This document shows, in pieces, positions 34,391 through 42,930 of a DNA stretch of 64,000 nt; position 1 is the stretch's first letter, and each line of letters opens with the position of its first letter. Made by a program: the position numbers and the translations under genes. The notes beneath the pieces are model-generated. The model was not told the DNA's origin. It worked only from the letters and a program-made list of their open reading frames with translations, and searched no databases. Source of the DNA: an uncultured SAR86 cluster bacterium (lineage in GTDB: Bacteria; Pseudomonadota; Gammaproteobacteria; Magnimaribacterales; D2472). The stretch lies in assembly GCA_902623535.1 (NCBI GenBank), contig CACNUA010000002.1:74222-138221 (forward strand). Reading direction: 5' to 3'.

Positions 34391-36187
34391 CTAAAAACTC
34401 CTAAAAAAATTGACCCATTCACTTGTTGAGTTTTTTGAAACTGTATTACATATCTCGTTAAAGAATTTTCTGGATTCAATTATTTCACTTGAATTCCACC
34501 ACTCATGCTCATGTTGGAAAATATTTTCAAGATGATCTGCTGCAAATTTTGGATCAGTATGGATTATTTTTTTTGTCTTTAGGTCGCTGATAAGTTCTAA
34601 ATACATTGAATCAATCTCCCACAAATCCTCTCTAAATAGCAAAATTGTTGGCACACCAGAGTACATACCTTCAGAGAAAGTAGTTTGAGGATATCCAGAA
34701 ATGATAAGTCTTGAGTTTTGGATTATTGAATTCAAATCGTTATTTCTTGAAATAATTTCCTTCCCAAATGTTTGTATGTATGAATGCTCTAAGTGCCAAC
34801 TTCCAAGGTACTTCGGTTTTACCTTTAGTAAATCAAGAACATTTTTTGAGAGCAATTTTAAGAAGCTTAGCTTTTGAATATGTTCCTCTAGAACAAGAGG
34901 CCCAACTGGAGCTCCAACAGCCCTGTAGGAATATTTAACACTTTCAAAATCAAATAAGGTGATTTTATCTTCTTTCTTGAAAGGTATTTTCCTTCTAATG
35001 CTCAGCTTATTTGGTGGCAATCTCGTGTAATTGTTATTTAGTTCTTTTCCCCATGAAACATTTACATCTGCAATATCCTCTAGATGATCCATTGTATTCA
35101 TTTTGAGTTGAAAGCTACCTCCGTGTTCAAGGATAATAAATTTAGCACCTCTTAAAATTTGCTGTGATGTCCAGACTTTAAATAGTTCGTTATACCAATA
35201 GCTATAGCCTGTAATAATTGTCTTAGCAGGCAATTCCTTTAAAGATTTTTTTTCAATGTATTGATATTCTTCAAGATATGCATAAGGTAGATGATTCCAA
35301 ATAATTTCAAAAAGAAATTCTTCAAATTCATTTTTTGAGCGCAATCCATTAATGGAGAATTTAGATCTATTTTTGTGTTTCTTTATATGTAATTGCTTTC
35401 TAAAGTTGATATAAAAAAGAGGAAATGTTTTTAAAGACAGCAGAATCTTAGAAAAAAATTTTTTGTTAAATCCAGACTCGTAAAAAACAAACCTTTTTTT
35501 ATAACCAATGAGAAAAATAATTTTTTTTATAATTTCCTCAAAAAAATTAATAAAAAAATAAAAAAATTTTTTTGTAATATTTTTTGTTGGATTAAATTTC
35601 TTTCTAAAGATATTTTTTTCAAAGATATTTTTTTTATAAAGAATATTAAATTCTTTATTTGGAAATTGACTGATTAAGATTTCTGAAAAAATCTTGTAGT
35701 TCCAAGCATCGTCATCCAGCAAACTTCGAAATTCAATAAAATCTTTTGGTATGGGCTGACTGTCAACTAAAATTCTACAATCAAAATCTTCTCCAAAATC
35801 GTGCTTAATTGATCTTATGATCTCCCACCTGTCAAAAATTACAGATATAAAATTTATCAACCAAGGCCCCAAAATAATTCTCCAATAATTTTTTGGATAT
35901 GTCTTTTTATGAACTTTGTTTAAATGATTGGAAAGATTATTTAGGACTTTTTCTTTAAGCTCATACAAATACCTATAATCTCTCCTAAACTTTTCTCTGT
36001 CTTCCCAATGATATTTAAGGCATCTTATTTTATCCTGTCTCCAATTTTTATCTTTGAGATTTAAACACCAATTACCTAGAAGAAATGATTGATTATTTGA
36101 TAGTCCCTCTGTATCGAGTGGAGAAATAACTATATAAGATGAGGGTAAAGAGTTTTTTTTACTGAATGCATAAATGCTATCTTTCAT
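34391..36187 (-). CDS. uncharacterised ~600-aa putative transferase (paralog A; possibly LIC12162-type family)
   Basis: Clear paralog of ORF 38098..39897. Shared blocks: YHW(E/N)DR, YWRII(L/I)GPWL, VIFDRW, (E/A)HGG, RLPPNKL, YPQTT(F/L)SE, SG(V/I)PTILL, WWNS. From memory this resembles the TIGR04331 putative O-antigen transferase family. Unverified. Confidence 0.5.
   Translation of the reverse strand: MKDSIYAFSKKNSLPSSYIVISPLDTEGLSNNQSFLLGNWCLNLKDKNWRQDKIRCLKYHWEDREKFRRDYRYLYELKEKVLNNLSNHLNKVHKKTYPKNYWRIILGPWLINFISVIFDRWEIIRSIKHDFGEDFDCRILVDSQPIPKDFIEFRSLLDDDAWNYKIFSEILISQFPNKEFNILYKKNIFEKNIFRKKFNPTKNITKKFFYFFINFFEEIIKKIIFLIGYKKRFVFYESGFNKKFFSKILLSLKTFPLFYINFRKQLHIKKHKNRSKFSINGLRSKNEFEEFLFEIIWNHLPYAYLEEYQYIEKKSLKELPAKTIITGYSYWYNELFKVWTSQQILRGAKFIILEHGGSFQLKMNTMDHLEDIADVNVSWGKELNNNYTRLPPNKLSIRRKIPFKKEDKITLFDFESVKYSYRAVGAPVGPLVLEEHIQKLSFLKLLSKNVLDLLKVKPKYLGSWHLEHSYIQTFGKEIISRNNDLNSIIQNSRLIISGYPQTTFSEGMYSGVPTILLFREDLWEIDSMYLELISDLKTKKIIHTDPKFAADHLENIFQHEHEWWNSSEIIESRKFFNEICNTVSKNSTSEWVNFFRSF
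35606..35635. repeat. 15-nt tandem duplication (AAAGATATTTTTTTC / AAAGATATTTTTTTT) inside CDS 34391..36187
   Basis: Read directly from the sequence, 14/15 identical. It encodes the repeated NIFEK/NIFRK on the minus strand and sits in a ~150-bp stretch packed with A7-8/T7-8 runs. Confidence 0.8.
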
Positions 36188-36191
36188 CAGC

Positions 36192-38021
36192 CTAGGAAGA
36201 CTTTACATAAATAACATCCACCCAATCAGTCCTTCCATTCATTGGATTTTTTGAAATATGAGAGATGTCATATAACTTAAAGCCAAATGGATTGAGTAAA
36301 GATTCAAGCTCATGAAAAGAAAGTTGCTTTTCATAATAATCATAAAACTTAACCTCTGAAATTATAATATCGATAATTGAAAGGCTTTTCCCTAGACCCT
36401 TAAGAATATCAATTTCAAAACTCTGCGTATCAAGTTTTAATAAATTAATTCTTTTAATGTTATTCTCATTGATATATTCATCCAAATTTTTGACCATGAC
36501 TTTTCGGGGATGATTGATAGTCTCAGAGTAGTTTTTAAGTGGTTTATCTTCACTAATAATTTTATTTAAATCTATTGAATCCTTGCTCTTCAAATTAATT
36601 TTGTTGAATCCAGAGATGCCTGAGTTCAAATCATGCGTATAAAATTCTTTATCTTTTTCAGTAATTTCTCCTGCTGCAAATTTATTAACTATAATTTCTG
36701 AGTATTGATTGGCTAACTGATCAAGTGATTCCCAACATTCATGCTGAGGCTCAAAGCAATGAATAGTAGATTTAGGCCATATTTGCTTAAATTGCAAAAT
36801 TGAAACACCATCATTTGAACCAACATCAAAAATTACTGGATCATCAATCTCAATAAGATATTTAAGTACCTTTTCTCTGTTAAATTTTTCAAAATATTCT
36901 TGTGTTCTTAATTTATTCTGACCTAAATCAACTGGGGTTAATTTTTCTGTTTCCTCGTTATCTTGTTTTGATACAACTTTTTTAGCCAATACCGCCATAT
37001 GCGAGCTGGCGCCAAGTTCCCTAATTACATTTTGGAAAACTGCAAGGCTTTGTTTAGATTTAATTGACTTTAAATGGGTAAATGTACTGCTCTCGTTCTG
37101 GAGGAAGTTTTTAATAATATCTATATCAAAATTACCAGGGGTTGAGATATCTTTAACCTCAAAGTTAGCCCTTAATAAAAAATGTGTAATATTCTGGGTT
37201 GTAAAAGCTTGAAGATGCATTGGAGGAAAAATACCATGAGCTAATGGTCTAAATTCATTATAACCAATAGCTTGATTATCTAAACCCAGTGCGTTTGGAG
37301 TCTGAAAATACATCAGACCATTATCATTCAGTAAATCTCTTAATGAAGTAATAAATAAAAAAGGATCATGTAGGTGCTCTAGTAATTCAAAGTGAAGTAT
37401 CAGATCAAAGGAGTTTTTGTTTTTTTTAACATAATCCTCAACAGATGTATGAGATAAATTCAGATTATGGCTTATTGGGTTATTTATAGCATTTTCGTCA
37501 ATGTCAATTCCATAGAGTTCAATCTTTGAAGATAGTCCTAGGCCATCTATCGCAACATCAAGTTCATGAAGAAATGCTCCTGAACTGCAGCCAACATCTA
37601 AAACTTTTATAGTTTTTTGTGATGTATTTTGAAGAAGATCTTTAATTTGGTTTAATACTAAATCTGTTCTTTCACTGAGAATAACTCCTCCCACACCTGA
37701 TCTTGCTTTAAGAAGTTTTTCAAATTTTTTATTACACTCACAAAAATTATAATAAAAATCTAAGGCCTTAAGATTTGGTGCTGGGTTTACATAGTTAGTT
37801 AGGCATTTCTTGCATTGAGAAATATCATAACGATCATCAAATTTTGCAAGATTATTCTGTTCTTCAGAACCGCATACGGGACATTTCCTGCTATAAAAAT
37901 CATTAGAAAACTTATCAAATACCTTTCGACTATCAGAAATCCTTAAGTTATAAATATTTCTTGCCTGCTCAATAGTCCTGTTTTCTTTCAAAAAAGATAT
38001 GTAGTTAATTTTTTCTTTCAT
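36192..38021 (-). CDS. double methyltransferase: Zn-ribbon plus class I SAM-MTase domain fused to an FkbM-family MTase domain
   Basis: CPVCGS...CKKC, then motif I VLDVGCSSGAFL (residues ~140-150). After a linker around residues 349-370 there is a second MTase domain with VIFDVGSNDGVS (FkbM-type). Confidence 0.7.
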   Translation of the reverse strand: MKEKINYISFLKENRTIEQARNIYNLRISDSRKVFDKFSNDFYSRKCPVCGSEEQNNLAKFDDRYDISQCKKCLTNYVNPAPNLKALDFYYNFCECNKKFEKLLKARSGVGGVILSERTDLVLNQIKDLLQNTSQKTIKVLDVGCSSGAFLHELDVAIDGLGLSSKIELYGIDIDENAINNPISHNLNLSHTSVEDYVKKNKNSFDLILHFELLEHLHDPFLFITSLRDLLNDNGLMYFQTPNALGLDNQAIGYNEFRPLAHGIFPPMHLQAFTTQNITHFLLRANFEVKDISTPGNFDIDIIKNFLQNESSTFTHLKSIKSKQSLAVFQNVIRELGASSHMAVLAKKVVSKQDNEETEKLTPVDLGQNKLRTQEYFEKFNREKVLKYLIEIDDPVIFDVGSNDGVSILQFKQIWPKSTIHCFEPQHECWESLDQLANQYSEIIVNKFAAGEITEKDKEFYTHDLNSGISGFNKINLKSKDSIDLNKIISEDKPLKNYSETINHPRKVMVKNLDEYINENNIKRINLLKLDTQSFEIDILKGLGKSLSIIDIIISEVKFYDYYEKQLSFHELESLLNPFGFKLYDISHISKNPMNGRTDWVDVIYVKSS

Positions 38022-38097
38022 AGATTTCTATAAACTGATAAATAATCGGGTCATAATTAAACATGTTAGGTCGAGCTAAAACCTATTAGCAAACAAA

Positions 38098-39897
38098 TTA
38101 TGCATTTTTAAAGTCAATAAAAAAGTCTGACCAAGCCTTAATAGGTTTTTTGTGCTCTGTTAAACAAATTTTTTTAAATTCGTGAATTGCCTCCCTACAA
38201 AGATCACTATTCCACCATAATAATGGATCATTATGTATTTTATTAATATGTTTTGCTGCATCTTTTGGGCACGTATGATAAATGTTTGCTTTTTTTAGGA
38301 TATCAACTACCTCGTTGTGAAGATCAATGACTTCAAACAATTCTTCTTTCATCAGCAAAATTGTAGGTATGCCTGAGAAGATTGATTCTGAAAGTGTAGT
38401 CTGTGGATAGGTGCATATTATTATTTTTGATTTTTTTATTACAGGAATAAATTTTGCATCATTTAGTAAATTTTTATTTCCAAAATAGTGAGCAAGCTTC
38501 TTTTGATCTAATACATCACGACCATCAATATAAGCAGGTGGAGTCTTTATTCTTAATTTATCTCTGGCATTTTTATCAAGATGATTTGAGAAATCTTTCC
38601 ACTGATACAATAGTTGCTTAATTTGAGACGAGCCTAAGGCTTGTGATGTAAGCCTAGAACATAGTATAGGTCCATTAAAGGCAACAAGGGTAATTAAAGA
38701 ATTTTTTTTATACTTCCAATTTTTAAAAAAAAGTTTGTTAGGTGGTAATCGGTGATGATTTTCCACCCACTCTTTCCCCCAAACAATTTTTTTGTCGCTT
38801 ATTTTTTCTTGATGATTAAAAACACTGTACTTTGGATAAAGTCCACCCCCATGTGCAGATACTATAATATTCGAACCATTTCTTTTGCACTCTGCCATCC
38901 AGATTTTAAATAAGTCATTATTAAAGTGAGCGTTTGATGTGAAAATTAGTTTTGTCTGTTTAATATTCGATTGCAGGGAATGTAATTCATCAAAATCTTC
39001 TAGGTATGTTTTTGGTATATCTTTTGAGATTCTGCTACACAAAAATTTCTCGAAATCATTTACATAATCAAATTGCGACAAAAATTCATAACCTAAAACT
39101 TCACTATTGCCTTTTGCTTTTATGCTTAAAGAATTATAGGATCTTGGCAAAACTCCTAATTTCAAAGCAAGCCTAAAATGAAAAAATTTTGGAAAGTAAG
39201 TGTGATAGAGAGTTATAAAACCATCATTTTTGAGTAAGAATTTATTAATAAATTTTGCAAGTAAATCATAAATTCTTATAAGCCTCTGTTTAATAGCAAA
39301 AACGTAACCATCTTCGTTTAGGCGTTTATCGTTGGTTTTTGGCTTATAAAGGTAATTACTTTCTATAACATCGAGTTCTACATTATCAAATTTTCTAAAA
39401 AAAAGTATTGATGAAAATAATTCGTAATTCCACTCTTGTTGTGAAAATATTGGAATAGCCTCATTATATTCAAGTGGTGGACTTCTTCTGTTGTTTAAAA
39501 TTATTGATGCTTTAAAGTTACGTTTTTCTCTCTTAATACAGTCAGATACACTCCATCTGTCAAATATCACACCAATATATTGAAGGAGCCAAGGACCTAT
39601 TATAATTCTCCAGTAATCAACACTCCTTTCTTTTGCGTGGATTTTAGATAATTCAATTGATAGCTCTTTGAGAATCTTTTCATATAATTTTTCAAGATAT
39701 TGATGATCTAGTTTAATTTTATTTCTATCATTCCAATGATATTCAAAAAAAGAGTAATTTTTAAGAATATCAAAATTGTTAAAAAAAGGAGAAATGCACC
39801 ACTCGCCAATAAAGAAATTGTTCACATTATTCAGTGCATCTTCTTTATTTCCATAAATAACTAAGTTGACTGGTTTGATATAATGCATTCTCTCCAT
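38098..39897 (-). CDS. uncharacterised ~600-aa putative transferase (paralog B)
   Basis: Paralog of ORF 34391..36187 (see the shared motif blocks there). Its start codon overlaps the start codon of the divergent sulfotransferase gene (CATG at 39895..39898). An alternative Met lies at residue 4. Confidence 0.5.
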   Translation of the reverse strand: MERMHYIKPVNLVIYGNKEDALNNVNNFFIGEWCISPFFNNFDILKNYSFFEYHWNDRNKIKLDHQYLEKLYEKILKELSIELSKIHAKERSVDYWRIIIGPWLLQYIGVIFDRWSVSDCIKREKRNFKASIILNNRRSPPLEYNEAIPIFSQQEWNYELFSSILFFRKFDNVELDVIESNYLYKPKTNDKRLNEDGYVFAIKQRLIRIYDLLAKFINKFLLKNDGFITLYHTYFPKFFHFRLALKLGVLPRSYNSLSIKAKGNSEVLGYEFLSQFDYVNDFEKFLCSRISKDIPKTYLEDFDELHSLQSNIKQTKLIFTSNAHFNNDLFKIWMAECKRNGSNIIVSAHGGGLYPKYSVFNHQEKISDKKIVWGKEWVENHHRLPPNKLFFKNWKYKKNSLITLVAFNGPILCSRLTSQALGSSQIKQLLYQWKDFSNHLDKNARDKLRIKTPPAYIDGRDVLDQKKLAHYFGNKNLLNDAKFIPVIKKSKIIICTYPQTTLSESIFSGIPTILLMKEELFEVIDLHNEVVDILKKANIYHTCPKDAAKHINKIHNDPLLWWNSDLCREAIHEFKKICLTEHKKPIKAWSDFFIDFKNA

Positions 39898-40954
39898 GAA
39901 AAAATTTATAAAAAAAGTATTAATTAATGTACTTGGAATAAGGTTTTTTAACTTAATTATACCCCTAGTCAGTTCTACAGAGCATAATATAAAGAAATTC
40001 TCATATTCTTTAAATTACACTTTTTTTAAAGATAAAAATCACGATTATATTAAAGTTAACCAGCCTCTATTACTGATAACTCAAGTGCAAAGAAGTGGAG
40101 GCACATTAATATCTCAACTTCTCGATAATCATAGAGAATTACATGCTTTTCCTAGCGAACTAATTCTTACAAATCCAAAGTGGGATTGGTCAAAAAAGAA
40201 AAATTTTATTTCCTATAGATCTAGAGAAATGAGAGAGTATTCAGAATTAGGTTTCTATATCAAAAGATCCAAAGCAAATAATGATTTAGCAAATAAATTT
40301 GACTTTGATCTTTTAAAGCAAAGATCCATTTATGAAAGTATTTCGAAGAAAACTGAACGCGACTATTTCAATGCATATTTCACATCATTTTTTAATAGCT
40401 TTGATAATTATATTAACAACGGAAAGAATAAAAAATTTATTTCGGCATTTACTCCACGTGCAATAATGTATGACAAAACAATATCAAATTTTTTTTCAAT
40501 TTATCCAGATGGTCACATAGTTACGGTTGTAAGAAATCCATTGTCGTGGCTTGCGAGTGCTACAAAACATGATAAAAAATATAAAAAAGATTTAAATGCC
40601 TCTATTTCGATTTGGAAAAAATCAACTAAAGCATCGATTACTAATGCCATATCAAATCAAAATATAACTCTTATTATATTTGAAGACTTTTTAGAAGATA
40701 TTGAGCTTGGTGTGCTAAAACTTTGTAAAAGATTAAATTTAAGCTTTGAAAAAAGTTTACTAACACCAACATTTAATGGAAACCCTGTACTCTCAGATTC
40801 TTCATTCAAAGCATCAAAAGGAATTGACAAGTCTGCATTAGACAGATCAAAGCTTATAGATATGTCTAAAATAGACACAGTATTGATTGAGGAAGTAAAT
40901 GCACTGTATGAAGAAGCTCAGCAAGTTGTAAAAAAATTATACGGTGATAATTAA
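39896..40954 (+). CDS. sulfotransferase family protein
   Basis: 352 aa with a PAPS 5'-PSB loop (TQVQRSGGTLISQLLDNH) and a 3'-PB motif (VVRNPLSWLASA). Confidence 0.7.
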   Translation: MKKFIKKVLINVLGIRFFNLIIPLVSSTEHNIKKFSYSLNYTFFKDKNHDYIKVNQPLLLITQVQRSGGTLISQLLDNHRELHAFPSELILTNPKWDWSKKKNFISYRSREMREYSELGFYIKRSKANNDLANKFDFDLLKQRSIYESISKKTERDYFNAYFTSFFNSFDNYINNGKNKKFISAFTPRAIMYDKTISNFFSIYPDGHIVTVVRNPLSWLASATKHDKKYKKDLNASISIWKKSTKASITNAISNQNITLIIFEDFLEDIELGVLKLCKRLNLSFEKSLLTPTFNGNPVLSDSSFKASKGIDKSALDRSKLIDMSKIDTVLIEEVNALYEEAQQVVKKLYGDN

Positions 40955-40990
40955 GCTCAGAACTTTAGTTTAATCAATATTTTAGAATGA

Positions 40991-41007
40991 ATGCTCTCTA
41001 GGAGCAT
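40991..41007. terminator. weak hairpin between convergent genes (ATGCTC-tctag-GAGCAT)
   Basis: A 6-bp stem and 5-nt loop read from the sequence, with T/A runs on both sides. It is short and only half G/C. Confidence 0.2.
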
Positions 41008-41037
41008 ATTGATTTTGAATATTATGATCAAATGATT

Positions 41038-41697
41038 TCATTTATTTAAGTTTTTTTCTTTAAACAATAATTGAATTGACATTCTTTGATGAAGATCTTC
41101 ATTAAAATAAAAACCATTTTCTGAAAAAGATAACTTATTTATCAATGTAAATTGAGATGTTTTTGTAAATGAGTGACTATGATCAAGTTTATTTATTTTG
41201 TTTAAATCTTTATGGTGTATGTATTCATTTGTAATCTTATGGGGCGTATCAAAATCATAAATTGATAAGAATCCACCAGATTTAAGAACTCTGTTAATTT
41301 CTGATATTGTTTTGGAATAATATTCACCTTCTAATAAATATAAAAAAAAGCCAAGATGAATATAGTCAAATGATTTCTCTTCGAACATGCTAAGGTCGTA
41401 AGATACTCCATTAAATAATTTAAGATCTGGATATAATTCAGAAGCATATCGATTGGCTTTATCGCTTGGATCAATCCCATAACCCTTTAATGATAACTCT
41501 TTGCTCAAGTAGTTCAGAACAAAACAAGAGCCAGATCCAATCTCTAACATATTTGTTAATTTATGCTTTGAGCACAAAGGTTTCATCCAAACTACTAAGG
41601 ATTCAAACTGCGATTTTTCTCTATCATTAAGTCTAGATAAATTCCTTTCATGGTAATCATTTCCATGCTCTCTTAGAATTTTGAAAAAACTACTCAT
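41038..41697 (-). CDS. class I SAM-dependent methyltransferase
   Basis: 219 aa with motif I MLEIGSGSCFVLNYL, a post-I acidic GIDPS, and LKSGGFLSIYDF. Confidence 0.7.
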   Translation of the reverse strand: MSSFFKILREHGNDYHERNLSRLNDREKSQFESLVVWMKPLCSKHKLTNMLEIGSGSCFVLNYLSKELSLKGYGIDPSDKANRYASELYPDLKLFNGVSYDLSMFEEKSFDYIHLGFFLYLLEGEYYSKTISEINRVLKSGGFLSIYDFDTPHKITNEYIHHKDLNKINKLDHSHSFTKTSQFTLINKLSFSENGFYFNEDLHQRMSIQLLFKEKNLNK

Positions 41698-41851
41698 AAT
41701 CCTCAGCTAATGTATCATTCCCAGTCGATAACAAAATATTCTGTAGATCGCACCACTATAAAACTTTTAAATTACTTTTACTAACTTTGTATTTTTTAAC
41801 AAGTACACTGTGCAATCAGTAACTTGCCAATATGTTTGTATAAAATTTTTT

Positions 41852-42460
41852 TCATTTTAGACTTCTTGCAAATTTTCTTACTTTTTGCATATGCTTTTCA
41901 AAGTCACTTTTTTTCATATTTGGAAGGACTGAATAGAATCTTAAATATTTTGTCTTTAATCCTCCTAATTGAAATACGGACTTTTTTAATCTTCTATAGG
42001 GGATATTGTCAAAAAGAGAAAAATTAAAATAGCTTATCATTGGTCCTCCATAAGTCATTGAAACAATCCCAATTTTATTTTTCATTGCTCCAGCAACAGG
42101 ATATCCATAATTTCCAAAAAACTTACTATCAGGTAATAATGATTTGTAAGAAAAAAACCAAGTTGGATGAAGAACCCAGTCAATCCAATTCTCTAAAACT
42201 CCGCTCATTCTTAAGTTATGACAAGCGCTCATTAGAAACATAACATCAGCATCCTCAAGTCTATTTCTATAATCAGTTACTAACTTTGGTGGAGGATTAA
42301 TATCACTTCTATAAAAAGGTAATTGTTCTTCTTCATCAAATAAATTAATCAAGTCTACTTCATGTCCAATATTTTTTGCTTCATCGATAAAAGTATCTCT
42401 TACAGATGCATTAAACGAATTTTTAGTGTTGTAATGACCAAAAACTATACAAATTTTCAT
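41852..42460 (-). CDS. flavodoxin-like fold NAD(P)H dehydrogenase (quinone) family protein
   Basis: 202 aa. MKICIVFGHYNTKNSFNASVRD...GHEVDLINL is typical of the Flavodoxin_2/NQO-type family. Confidence 0.65.
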   Translation of the reverse strand: MKICIVFGHYNTKNSFNASVRDTFIDEAKNIGHEVDLINLFDEEEQLPFYRSDINPPPKLVTDYRNRLEDADVMFLMSACHNLRMSGVLENWIDWVLHPTWFFSYKSLLPDSKFFGNYGYPVAGAMKNKIGIVSMTYGGPMISYFNFSLFDNIPYRRLKKSVFQLGGLKTKYLRFYSVLPNMKKSDFEKHMQKVRKFARSLK

Positions 42461-42470
42461 GCTTCAAGGT

Positions 42471-42929
42471 TTATACAATGTAAATTAGCAGTAGTATTAT
42501 GATGATAATCCCTATAGGTGTTAAATTATCAATTTTTTCTAAAATAGCCCGTTTATTTAGCTTTTTAGAAGTAATATTGTCTATTTTGTACCCATGATTA
42601 TCTTCTTTTATATCTATGAGTACATTTTCAGTATGAGATGTTGTAATATCTTCGTTGTACTCATAAGAAAGAGTTAAATCTCCCTCTGTGGGTACATTAT
42701 TTTTTACCTGAATATAAGGTTTCTTGGCCTTTTTCTCAATTTCATTCAGTTCTTCAAGAATTGCGTCTCTTTTTTTTCTAGCTATATGAATGTCGCCTGT
42801 TTCTAAAGACTTTTTAATAAAATCTTTCCCAATAATTGATGATATCTTTTTCGAGACCCTTTTTTGAATAAAATAAATATTCTTATTTTTTCCCCTTAAA
42901 ACAAGGTATTTATCTTTATTTGTACTCAT
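42471..42929 (-). CDS. hypothetical tail-anchored protein whose N-terminus resembles a tyrosine-integrase N-terminal domain; possible integrase remnant
   Basis: YLVLRGKNKNIYFIQKRVSKKISSIIGKDFIKKSLETGDIHIARKKRDAILEEL resembles the YL-x-RG-x-YYF-RRRVP...SL-x-T-x-D integrase N-terminal (DUF6538-like) pattern from memory. There is no catalytic domain. The C-terminal tail is hydrophobic (LTPIGIIIIILLLIYIV). Confidence 0.35.
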   Translation of the reverse strand: MSTNKDKYLVLRGKNKNIYFIQKRVSKKISSIIGKDFIKKSLETGDIHIARKKRDAILEELNEIEKKAKKPYIQVKNNVPTEGDLTLSYEYNEDITTSHTENVLIDIKEDNHGYKIDNITSKKLNKRAILEKIDNLTPIGIIIIILLLIYIV

Positions 42930-42930
42930 G

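Noticed and set aside
41824-42027. 67-aa plus-strand ORF that spans the intergenic region and the 3' end of the flavodoxin-like gene.
   Set aside because: The translation is hydrophobic and low-complexity (FFILDFLQIFLLFAYAF), and the ORF mostly overlaps the minus-strand CDS 41852..42460. No supporting motif or start context was found.
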